Below, in pieces: positions 47,919-56,619 of a DNA stretch of 64,000 nucleotides; positions within the stretch are counted from its first letter, which is position 1, and every line of letters starts with the position of its first letter. The notes under the pieces were generated by a model. The model saw only the letters and a list, made by a program, of their open reading frames with translations. It was not told where the DNA came from and made no database searches. Origin of the DNA: Pseudomonadota bacterium. Its GTDB lineage: Bacteria; Myxococcota_A; Bradymonadia; UBA4248. The stretch spans positions 16,226-80,225 of the forward strand of contig JAFUEE010000104.1 in assembly GCA_017464085.1 (NCBI GenBank). The letters run 5' to 3'. A program made the position numbers and the translations under genes.

Positions 47919-48524
47919 TCATGACTTGAGGTTAAGCAGATGGCCGCTTCGCTGCTGTTTGGTGCGCAGATAGCGGTCATTGAATTCATTTGGTTCGATG
48001 ATGATGGGTTCTCTTCCGGAGACGACGATATTGTAGGAGCGCAGGCCGTCGATTTTTCGCGGGTTGTTCGTATAGAGATCGATCGATTTGACGCCGAGGG
48101 CGCGGATCATGGCGGCAGCGACATCATAGGAGCGGAGGTCGTCGTCAAAACCGAGATGGATGTTTGCATCGACGGTATCAAGCCCCTGTTCCTGGAGATG
48201 GTATGCGGCAATCTTGTTCGCGAGTCCGATGCCTCGCCCTTCTTGGCGCATATAGAGGATAAGCGCCTTCGGAAGTTGCGCGAAATGGCGCTGGGCCGCT
48301 TCGAGCTGCTGGCGGCAGTCGCATCTCAGGGAGTGGAAGACATCGCCCGTCAGGCATTCGGAATGCAGCCGGGTAGGGACATTTTCCTGATCACGAAGAT
48401 CGCCGCGAACAATCGCGACATCGTCGATACGCTCTGCGCCTCGGCTGAATGCCACAATCGTAAACGAGCCGAACTGCGTGGGGAGTTCGGCCTGTGCAAA
48501 TATTTCAAGCGATATTTCGCCCAT
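47919..48524 (-). CDS. ribA: GTP cyclohydrolase II
   Basis: RLHSECLTGDVFHSLRCDCRQQL is the zinc/GTP-binding signature. The gene is ~200 aa and standalone, with no DHBP synthase domain. AAGGA RBS. Confidence 0.9.
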   Translation of the reverse strand: MGEISLEIFAQAELPTQFGSFTIVAFSRGAERIDDVAIVRGDLRDQENVPTRLHSECLTGDVFHSLRCDCRQQLEAAQRHFAQLPKALILYMRQEGRGIGLANKIAAYHLQEQGLDTVDANIHLGFDDDLRSYDVAAAMIRALGVKSIDLYTNNPRKIDGLRSYNIVVSGREPIIIEPNEFNDRYLRTKQQRSGHLLNLKS

Positions 48525-48628
48525 TTTGTAATCCTTTGGTAAAGATGCAGAGATAAGTAAAGATACTTACCGGGGGCGAAACTTCTAACGACTTTTCTGG
48601 TTTTATCAAGTATTTTTGCGCAAAAGGC

Positions 48629-50002
48629 TCAATAAACGCTGTCTGGGTCGATGGGCGGATTTTCAAACAGGGTGTATTGCCCGAGCCATTTGAGCTCAAC
48701 GGTCCCCGTCTTTCCGCTTCTCTGCTTGGCGATGATGATTTCCGAGATGCCGGGTTTCTGTGACTGTTTGTTGTAATAGTCGTCTCTATAGATGAAGTTG
48801 ATGACGTCGGCGTCCTGCTCGATGGCGCCGGATTCACGGAGGTCCTGGAGCATCGGTCGTTTGTCGTTTCTTGCTTCGACGCCTCGGTTGAGCTGTGCGA
48901 GCGCGATGATCGGGAGCTTGAGCTCTTTGGAAAGCCCTTTCAGCGAGCGGCTGATTTCAGAAATCTCCTGCTCACGAGAGGGCGTGTAAGTGCTTCCGGT
49001 CATGAGTTGAAGGTAGTCGATGACGATCAGGCCGAGATCATGTTCTGTTTTGAGCCTGCGCGCTTTGGCAGCGAGTTTTGTGATCGAGATGGCCGGCGTT
49101 TCGTCGACAAAAATCGGCGCGTGCATGAGTTCCTCCATGCTTCGTACAAGCCGTGCCCATTCCTGATCTGTCATTTTTCCGGTGCGTATGGATTCTCCGG
49201 TGACCCTTGCGCGCGAGGAGAGCAGTCGGTTGCCGAGCTCTTCCTTTGTCATTTCAAGTGAGAAGAAGGCAGATGGGACGCGCTTGTCGACAGCCGCATT
49301 GGCGAGGAAATTGAGTGCCAGAGCCGTTTTGCCCATAGCGGGGCGTGCGGCGAGAATGGTCAGCGTGCCGGGCTTGAACCCGGCTGTCATCGCATCGTAA
49401 TCTCTGAAGCCGGAGCTGACGCCGGGCAGCTGGTCTTTGTTTTCGTGCAGAGTCTCGAGCAGCTGGAACGTCGACTCCATGACTTCTTTTGCGGTGTAGT
49501 AGGAGCGGTTTGCGTCGGCGATCGTGAGCTGAAAGACTTTCTGGTTGAGGTCGTTGATGAAATCAGTGACGGAATCCATCGGGAGCTGGGCTTGAACACG
49601 GGCTTTGTCCGAGATCTGTATGACTGTTCTGAGCAGCGCGGTATCCTTGATGAGCCTTGCGTATCTGATCACGTTCTGTGCAGAAGGCAGGCGCTGGACA
49701 AGATTTGTTAGGTAGCCGATGCCGCCTGCGTCGTCGAGTAGCTTCAGGTTTTGCAGCTGCCCGTACAGCGTCGCAAGATCGACAGGCTTGTTTGCCTCAT
49801 GCAGTGTCTTGATGGCGATGAAAATCTGTCGGTTGAGCTCGTTGTAGAAGTCATCCGGTGTGATTGTTTCGTTGACGGTGTCGATGGTCGAGCTGTCGAG
49901 CAGCATGCTGCCGAGTACGGAAAGCTCCGCCTCGGAATTTTGGGGGATTTTGAGGGCGTTGTCTGGCTTGTTTTCAGGTTTCTGGGGTCTTTGGGATGGC
50001 AT
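48629..50002 (-). CDS. dnaB: Replicative DNA helicase DnaB
   Basis: The N-terminal primase-interaction region has EAELSVLGSMLLD. Walker A AARPAMGKTALALNF. DnaB C-terminal motifs are present. The start is taken at the internal ATG 50002; the 569-aa ORF extension is non-coding read-through. Confidence 0.9.
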   Translation of the reverse strand: MPSQRPQKPENKPDNALKIPQNSEAELSVLGSMLLDSSTIDTVNETITPDDFYNELNRQIFIAIKTLHEANKPVDLATLYGQLQNLKLLDDAGGIGYLTNLVQRLPSAQNVIRYARLIKDTALLRTVIQISDKARVQAQLPMDSVTDFINDLNQKVFQLTIADANRSYYTAKEVMESTFQLLETLHENKDQLPGVSSGFRDYDAMTAGFKPGTLTILAARPAMGKTALALNFLANAAVDKRVPSAFFSLEMTKEELGNRLLSSRARVTGESIRTGKMTDQEWARLVRSMEELMHAPIFVDETPAISITKLAAKARRLKTEHDLGLIVIDYLQLMTGSTYTPSREQEISEISRSLKGLSKELKLPIIALAQLNRGVEARNDKRPMLQDLRESGAIEQDADVINFIYRDDYYNKQSQKPGISEIIIAKQRSGKTGTVELKWLGQYTLFENPPIDPDSVY

Positions 50003-50106
50003 AATCGAGACCTGTATGCATGGTATTTCAATGCTGCTTGTGGGCAAATGGGGATGCCCAGGGAGTGAGGGTCTGTATCGAGGGCGTTTGAGGACGCTGG
50101 GCATTT

Positions 50107-50162
50107 TGGCTTGGGTGGGGGAAGACTCCCCCTTCGCGGCTATTTGCTTTGCAAATACGCCG
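50107..50162 (+). repeat. REP-like element subfamily A copy A5 (inner hairpin tatttgctttgcaaata)
   Basis: gggggaagactcccccttcgcggctatttgctttgcaaatacgccgctaccccctcg lies between dnaB and the M20 amidohydrolase gene. Confidence 0.8.
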
Positions 50163-50249
50163 CTACCCCCTCGATTTTGTAGTGATTTGCGGGGCGTATA
50201 ACAAGCTTCTGTGGTTGTGGCAAGCCGGAAGTGGGAGTTGCCGTGAGCC

Positions 50250-51386
50250 TCAGGTCTTGTCAAGTGCGCGCAGGAGCATGTCCATGGCTTCGACTGCCGG
50301 CAGAAGGGCTTCTTCGTCGAGGAAGAAGTCCTCTGCATGCGAGGGCGGGATGGCGTCTCTGTCTTTCGGGCGTATTCCCATCATGGCAAAGAAGGACGGG
50401 ATTCTTTCTGAAAAATAGGAAAAGTCTTCGCTAGCGAGGTTCATTTTGACCTCGATGCCGACATCTTTCCAGCAATTTCGGGCGATTGTCGTGAGATCGT
50501 GGTCATTGATGACGGGGAGGGCGCCGTAAAATCGCTCGACGGTTGTATGTGTGCCGAACTGCAGGTCTATGGCTGCCGCGCAGTTCCTGATGAGATCGGC
50601 CATCTGGTCAAGATTTTTGCGCGAGGGGGCGCGTATGATGCCTTCGAGGTCGGCGCTCGGGGCGATGACGTTGAAGGCATGCCCGGCAGTGAGCTGGCAG
50701 AACGATATGACTTCCATGTCGATTTTCCGCTGTCTTGCCTTTGCGAGATAGACGGCCTGCACGAGCGCGGCTGCCGCGAGCATGGCGTCGTGCCCGCGTT
50801 CTGGATATGCGGCGTGGCTGGCATCGCCTTGGATGTGAATGACGAAGCGTCCGCTCGCGGCCCATAAACAGCCGTCACAGATGCCCATGAGGCCGGTCTG
50901 GAGCGTGGGGTCTGTGTGGAGCGCGACCATTCGCGAGATGTTGAATGTTTCGAGGAAACCTGTCTGGCACATAGCGTCTGCGCCTGTCGGCTTTTCGCCG
51001 GGCGCGCCTTCTTCGTTGGGCTGGAAGACGAAGGCGACGGTGTGCGAGAGTGGGGCGCTTGCGATCTTTTCTGCCACGCCGAGCGCGACGGTCATGTGGC
51101 CGTCATGGCCGCAGGCGTGCATGCAGCCGTTCGTGGACGCGAAAGGCAGGCCTGTCTTTTCCGAGATCGGGAGCGCGTCCATGTCTGCGCGGTAACCGAT
51201 GGCTGGCAGTTCCGGATCTTTGCCTTTTGCGAGCGCGACGATGCCGGTCTCCGCAATGCCTCGATGGACTTCAAGGCCGAGTGCGCAGAGGTGTTCCGCG
51301 AGGAAATCCGATGTCCAGTGTTCCTGAAAACCGAGTTCTGGATGCTGGTGGAGCGTTCGTCGGATGTGAACGAGTTTTTCTTTCAT
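50250..51386 (-). CDS. M20D-family amidohydrolase (N-acyl-L-amino acid amidohydrolase / hippuricase-like)
   Basis: HQHPELGFQE...ACGHDGHMTVALGVAE and the overall architecture match M20D. The start is the internal ATG 51386 (MKEKLVHIRR). Confidence 0.85.
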   Translation of the reverse strand: MKEKLVHIRRTLHQHPELGFQEHWTSDFLAEHLCALGLEVHRGIAETGIVALAKGKDPELPAIGYRADMDALPISEKTGLPFASTNGCMHACGHDGHMTVALGVAEKIASAPLSHTVAFVFQPNEEGAPGEKPTGADAMCQTGFLETFNISRMVALHTDPTLQTGLMGICDGCLWAASGRFVIHIQGDASHAAYPERGHDAMLAAAALVQAVYLAKARQRKIDMEVISFCQLTAGHAFNVIAPSADLEGIIRAPSRKNLDQMADLIRNCAAAIDLQFGTHTTVERFYGALPVINDHDLTTIARNCWKDVGIEVKMNLASEDFSYFSERIPSFFAMMGIRPKDRDAIPPSHAEDFFLDEEALLPAVEAMDMLLRALDKT

Positions 51387-51693
51387 AGATGTGCCATTTG
51401 TTGTAACTAGGCGGAATGCACGGATTGCATTTCGGAGAAGGATCTGGAGGGTCGAAACGGTGTGGCGGCGGCGTATCGCTTGCGATAGCCGGCGCGGCGA
51501 AGCCGTATCGCCGTCAGGCGATAGGCGAGTCAAAATAGATGGAATAATTCCGATTGGGCAAATGTTTTAACGACAGAAATTCTGATATGCCATATAGGGG
51601 TATATTAGAAGACATGTAGTTATTTTTCTTGCATCGTAGGTCTGTTTGAGTAAAAATGCCCAGGGGGACTAGAGCATAGGAGGCATTATTTTT
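51387..51693. promoter_or_regulatory. Upstream region of the RND efflux operon containing REP-like palindrome C4 (candidate operator)
   Basis: 307-bp gap. A GTATCGCTTGCGATAG inverted repeat lies at ~51473..51488. An AT-rich promoter-like stretch is at 51540..51690. An AGGAGG RBS is at 51678. Confidence 0.4.
51465..51526. repeat. REP-like element subfamily C copy C4 (GGCGGCGTATCGCTTGCGATAGCCGGCG plus second hairpin tatcgccgtcaggcgata)
   Basis: Near-identical to copy C3 at 41181. Confidence 0.75.
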
Positions 51694-52983
51694 ATGCGAA
51701 ATACGAAAATATTGAAGGCAGGCATCCTCTTGGCGCTTTCGCTGGGACTTTTTATGTCCGGATGCCAAAAAGAAGAAGAGTCGTCCGGCGCAATGAGCGA
51801 GACTGTGCTCGATGTTGCGGTTGAGACGACGACAGTGACGACGACGAGCTTTACGCGCAAGCGCGCTTATGTGGGCAATGTGTCTGCGGCCAAGCAGGTG
51901 AAGGTGATTCCGCTTGCGACAGAGCGCATTCTTGAGTTTCCGTGGGAAAATGGTGATTTTGTCGAGAAAGATGCCGTGATCGCGCTGATCAGGAATGAGG
52001 TCAACAAAAAGGGCCTTGAGGCGTTCAACGCGCAGATTCGCAGCGTGGATGCGCAGCTGAAGGCGGCGCAACGCGAGCTCGCGCGTGTGAAGAGCATGTA
52101 TGAGTCGAACATCGTGAGCCGCCAGCAGTATGACCAGGCTAGCGATGGCGTGACGACGCTTCAGGCGACGAAACAGCAGCTGCTTGCGACACAGGAACAG
52201 ACGAAGCTGAGCTTGAACTATGCAAAGGTGATTGCGCCGATATCGGGCGTGATCAGCAACAAGAGCGCGGAAGTGGGCGATATCGCTTCATCGGCGATGC
52301 CGCTTTGCATCCTCAATGACATGGAGACGCTCAAGGTGACGCTCAACGTGAACGAAGAGGATACGCCCTATCTTAAGCTTGGCAAAGAAGTCAGCCTCCG
52401 CTTTGACGCGTATCCCGGGCAGGAATTCACGGCGCACATCACGCGCATCATGCCGTATGTGAATGCTTCCTCGCGCACGAACACGGTCGAGGCTGAGTTT
52501 AAGAATGAGCGCGTGGCATCTACGAATCAGTATAAATTCAAGCCAGGCATGTATTCACGCGCGGAACTGAGCCTTGAGACGACGAACGATGCGATCGTGA
52601 TCCCGCCCAAGGCTGCGATTTTGGATCCCGAGCTTTTGGCGCAGCAGAAGCTGGGACAGACGCTCCGCAGGGTCTATGTCCTTCAGCCCGACATGACGGC
52701 AAAGGCCGTCGATATCGAAGTCGGCGAATATAGCGGGAATGTGCTTGAGGTCTTGAAAGGCCTGAAAAATGGCGACAAGCTGATTGTTCGCGGCCAGCAT
52801 GCGCTCAAAGACGGCGACAGGGTCCACGAGGTCAATTCTGGAAATACGGCGGTGGCCAATGTTCAGCCTTCGGCTGCTGAGCCTGTTCCGGCACCGGCGG
52901 CGGAGAATATTCCGGCACCTCAGGATACACCGGCAGCTGCGGCAGTCGTGGAACCGGCGAAGGCTCCTGTTGAGGGTTCGTGA
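51694..52983 (+). CDS. RND efflux membrane fusion protein (periplasmic adaptor, HlyD/AcrA family), lipoprotein
   Basis: AGGAGG RBS. Lipobox LFMSGCQ. Coiled-coil hairpin region (QLKAAQRELARVKSMYES...). Barrel-sandwich and beta-barrel segments. Confidence 0.85.
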   Translation: MRNTKILKAGILLALSLGLFMSGCQKEEESSGAMSETVLDVAVETTTVTTTSFTRKRAYVGNVSAAKQVKVIPLATERILEFPWENGDFVEKDAVIALIRNEVNKKGLEAFNAQIRSVDAQLKAAQRELARVKSMYESNIVSRQQYDQASDGVTTLQATKQQLLATQEQTKLSLNYAKVIAPISGVISNKSAEVGDIASSAMPLCILNDMETLKVTLNVNEEDTPYLKLGKEVSLRFDAYPGQEFTAHITRIMPYVNASSRTNTVEAEFKNERVASTNQYKFKPGMYSRAELSLETTNDAIVIPPKAAILDPELLAQQKLGQTLRRVYVLQPDMTAKAVDIEVGEYSGNVLEVLKGLKNGDKLIVRGQHALKDGDRVHEVNSGNTAVANVQPSAAEPVPAPAAENIPAPQDTPAAAAVVEPAKAPVEGS

Positions 52984-53203
52984 GATCACGTCCGGGCGCA
53001 GCAGGCCCTTTGACTGACTCGGGGCAGTCCATCAAAGGGTGGGCAGACCCGAGGGCCGAGGCATTCAGATGAGGCGCGCAGAAATTGAGTTTGCGCGCCT
53101 TTTTAGATTTTTGCGCAAGCCGGGCGCGGTGTTCCTTCCGTATTAATATTGAATAAGTGCGCTTGTCTGTGGACGGTGCGCTTTAATCCATATAGAGGCC
53201 ATA

Positions 53204-56200
53204 ATGAGTATACCTGGGTATTCCGTAAAGAACCGCGTCACGATGACGATGTTGTTCATCTTCGTCATCCTGCTCGGTATTTTGTCGTTTAACAGGCTCC
53301 AGCTTGATCTGTATCCGGATATGGATATTCCTTATATCATTGCGATGACGACATACGTCGGAGCCAGCCCTGCCGATATCGAGACGCTGATCTCTCGCCC
53401 GATTGAGGAGACGGCCGTTTCCGTGACCGGCGTTAAAAATGTCATGTCGACCTCCAAGCAGAACGTCAGCATGGTCACGCTGGAGTTCGACTGGGGCTAT
53501 GATATGAAACAGGCCGAGATCGATACCCGAAACAAGCTCGACCTGGTGAAAGGCACCCTGCCGGATGCAGTGGATGCCGTGTACGTCATCGCGATGGACC
53601 CGTCGATGCAGCCGATCGTCATGTTCAACCTGACGGGCGATCTGCCGGCATCGGAAATCCGTCATATCGCTGATAAGCGCATCAAGCCAAGGCTTGAGCG
53701 CGTCGAAGGCATCTCTTCGGTAGATATCGGCGGCGGGGAGCTTCGCCAGATTCATGTCCGCCTCAACCCGCAGAAACTTGAGGCTTATAACATCTCTGCG
53801 ACGGCTGTTTATGGCGTGATCGCGGCGGAGAACTCGCAGTCCGTCGGCGGCTATATCGAGGCGTCCGGGCGCGACCTGAGCATCCAGACGGCTGGCAAGT
53901 TCAAGTCCGTCGAGGAAATCGGGGAAGCGCTGATCAGCGCCGGTGCGGATGAAAAGGGCAATATGATCCCGATCCGTCTGCGCGATGTCGCGGAGATCGA
54001 AGATTCAGTCGAAGAGTCACGGCGCTTTACAGAATCGAACGGCAAGACATCCGTGCTGATGCTTGTCAGCAAGCAGTCCGGCGCGAATACGGTCGATGCC
54101 GCGAACGGCGTGCTCGAGGCGCTGCCCGTGATCATGAAGGATGAGCCTGAACTGGATTATAAGCTCATCAACAACCAGGCGGAGTTCATCCAGAAATCGA
54201 TTTCAAACCTCGAAGAGACATGTGTGCTCGCGGTCGTGATCGTGTTCTTCGTGCTGTTGGCATTCTTCCGCAGTGTCACGACATCGCTGATCGTTGCGAC
54301 GGCAATCCCAGTTTCTTTGCTCGGCACATTCGCGTTCATGGCGGGCCTTGGCATGACGCTCAACGTCATTTCGCTCGCCGGTCTTTCTCTGGCAGTCGGT
54401 ATGCTCGTCGACAACGCGATCGTCACGCTCGAAAATATCTTCAGGCATCACGAAGAGGGCGACACGGCATTCCAGTCGTGCGTTCGCGGTGCGCGCGAGA
54501 TCATGATGGCCATCACGGCCTCGACGCTGACGACGATTGCCGTGTTCTTGCCCATCCTGTTCGTGCCGGGAATCGCGGGCATGATGTTCCGCGACATGTC
54601 CCTGACAATCTGCGGCGCGCTCGTCATCTCCCTGCTCGTGGCAGTGACGTTCGTCCCGATGCTCGCTTATTACATGCTCAGCAGCCCCAGATTTGCCAAA
54701 TCTGTGCAGAAAAATTCCAAACAGGAAGTCGATAATCTTGAGGAACTCGATGAAGCAGAAGCAGGCACCTTCATGAACCGCCTCCGCAAGGGATACGAGA
54801 ATTTCCTTCGCTCTGCAATCAGGCATCGCTGGGGTGTCCTGGTATTTGTCGTAGGGCTGTTTGCCGTTTCGTGCTGGGGATTTACAAAAATCCCGATGGA
54901 ATTCATGCCCAACTCGGACGACTCCTTCATGTCCGTGAAGATTCAGACCGAAATGGGGACGGACGCGCGTTCGACGTATGAAGTCGCCAAGGATGTCGCC
55001 AAGATTATCGAGCAGGTCGTTCCTGCCGATGAGCGCAAGATGATCAGCATCGACTCCGGTGCATCAGACTCCGGTATGAGCTCAATTTTCTCGAACGGCG
55101 TCAACTCTGCGACGATCCGCGTCAAGCTCGTCGATCCGAAATTCCGCGATCGCGGCGTCAATGAGATCATGGACAAGACGCGTGCGGCGCTCAAAGACGT
55201 GCCCGGTCTGACCTATCAGGTCGCAGGCCGTGGCGGCCCTGGCGGCGGCAATGGCGGCGATATTGATATCGAAGTCTATCTCGATGATATCCAGGTCACG
55301 CGAGAAATCACTAACCGAATCAAGCGCTATGCGCTCACCCGTCCGGATATCGCCGAAGTCAAGCTCTCTGTCGATGAGCAGAAACCGCAGATCCAGATCG
55401 ACTATGACCGCGAAAAGATGTCCGAGCTCGGCCTGACGACAAATACCGTCTCGACGCTTGTGACTATCTTCTTCCGCGGGCTTGAAGCCAGCCAGTACCT
55501 CGAAGACGGCGATGAATATGATATCGTCGTGCGCTATGACCGCTCCTTCCGCAATGATATTCACGAAGTCGAGAATATGCCGATTCAGACGCAGTCCGGC
55601 GGTGTTGTCCCCCTGAGCACGGTCGCGCATGTCTATGAAAACCTCGCTCCGACGCAGATTGACCGCAAAAATCAGCAGCGATATCAGAAAGTCAGCCTGA
55701 CGCTCGCGAACACTTATGTGGATGAGAATGGCAAGGTTCAGAAGAAAGACCTCAAAAAGACGATCGATGAGATGGAAGCCTATCTGCACGAGCAGATGGA
55801 AATCGACAAGAACAAGCCGGATGGGGAGAAGATTGAGTGGTTCTACAGCATTTCCGGTACGGCCGAGAACTTTATGGACTCCTTCAAATATCTGATTGTC
55901 GCGCTCGGCATCTCGATTATTCTGGTCTTCATGGTCATGGCCTCGCAGTTTGAGAGCTATCGCGAGCCGTTCATCGTGCTCTTTACGATCCCGCTTGCAG
56001 TCATCGGCGTCGTCGGTATCTTTGCGATTACTGGGCGTACCATCGATATGGCAGGCCTGATCGGTCTGATCATGCTGGCCGGCATCGTCGTCAACAACGG
56101 TATCGTTTTGGTCGATGCGGCTAACCAGAACCGCGACCGGGGCATGGACAAGGTCACGGCAGTCGTCAACGCTGGCCGCACGCGTATGCGCCCGGTCTTG

Positions 56201-56524
56201 ATGACGGCGCTCACGACGATCCTTTCGATGATCCCGCTCGCGGCGCAGATCGGCGAAGGTTCCGAAATCTGGTCCGGCATGGGCACGTCCGTCATCGGCG
56301 GCTTGACGCTCTCGACCTTCTTCACGCTCTTCTTCGTGCCCGTGATGTACACGTTCCTCGCTTCGAAGAACCGCGAGATCCAGGAATTTGAAGTTGAAGA
56401 TGACCGCTCTCTGGCTGAGATTCATCAGGCTGAGGCCAGAGCACGTCAGAAAGCCGAAGCTGAAAAAGCTGCTGAGGCGCAGGAACTGGCTGACAGCAGA
56501 AAACCGGTTGGAGACAATGCTTAA
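53204..56524 (+). CDS. RND efflux transporter permease (AcrB/HAE1-type, 12 TMS)
   Basis: Length 1106 aa. Characteristic N-terminus MTMLFIFVILLGILSFNRLQLDLYPDMDIPYI. Conserved TMS4 region AVGMLVDNAIV. Duplicated internal architecture. Confidence 0.9.
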   Translation: MSIPGYSVKNRVTMTMLFIFVILLGILSFNRLQLDLYPDMDIPYIIAMTTYVGASPADIETLISRPIEETAVSVTGVKNVMSTSKQNVSMVTLEFDWGYDMKQAEIDTRNKLDLVKGTLPDAVDAVYVIAMDPSMQPIVMFNLTGDLPASEIRHIADKRIKPRLERVEGISSVDIGGGELRQIHVRLNPQKLEAYNISATAVYGVIAAENSQSVGGYIEASGRDLSIQTAGKFKSVEEIGEALISAGADEKGNMIPIRLRDVAEIEDSVEESRRFTESNGKTSVLMLVSKQSGANTVDAANGVLEALPVIMKDEPELDYKLINNQAEFIQKSISNLEETCVLAVVIVFFVLLAFFRSVTTSLIVATAIPVSLLGTFAFMAGLGMTLNVISLAGLSLAVGMLVDNAIVTLENIFRHHEEGDTAFQSCVRGAREIMMAITASTLTTIAVFLPILFVPGIAGMMFRDMSLTICGALVISLLVAVTFVPMLAYYMLSSPRFAKSVQKNSKQEVDNLEELDEAEAGTFMNRLRKGYENFLRSAIRHRWGVLVFVVGLFAVSCWGFTKIPMEFMPNSDDSFMSVKIQTEMGTDARSTYEVAKDVAKIIEQVVPADERKMISIDSGASDSGMSSIFSNGVNSATIRVKLVDPKFRDRGVNEIMDKTRAALKDVPGLTYQVAGRGGPGGGNGGDIDIEVYLDDIQVTREITNRIKRYALTRPDIAEVKLSVDEQKPQIQIDYDREKMSELGLTTNTVSTLVTIFFRGLEASQYLEDGDEYDIVVRYDRSFRNDIHEVENMPIQTQSGGVVPLSTVAHVYENLAPTQIDRKNQQRYQKVSLTLANTYVDENGKVQKKDLKKTIDEMEAYLHEQMEIDKNKPDGEKIEWFYSISGTAENFMDSFKYLIVALGISIILVFMVMASQFESYREPFIVLFTIPLAVIGVVGIFAITGRTIDMAGLIGLIMLAGIVVNNGIVLVDAANQNRDRGMDKVTAVVNAGRTRMRPVLMTALTTILSMIPLAAQIGEGSEIWSGMGTSVIGGLTLSTFFTLFFVPVMYTFLASKNREIQEFEVEDDRSLAEIHQAEARARQKAEAEKAAEAQELADSRKPVGDNA

Positions 56525-56619
56525 TTAAATGCGTTCCGGCATGAAATAGAAGCCAGATGACTTTGCGTTCCATGCCGGAGAAGCTTATTGACCTTCGAGC
56601 TCAATGGAGTTCAAGATAT

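Noticed and set aside
55082-56425. 447-aa minus-strand ORF inside the RND permease gene
   Set aside because: It is a shadow ORF antisense to a well-recognised AcrB-family gene. Its composition is Arg/Asp/His-rich with no transmembrane or domain logic.
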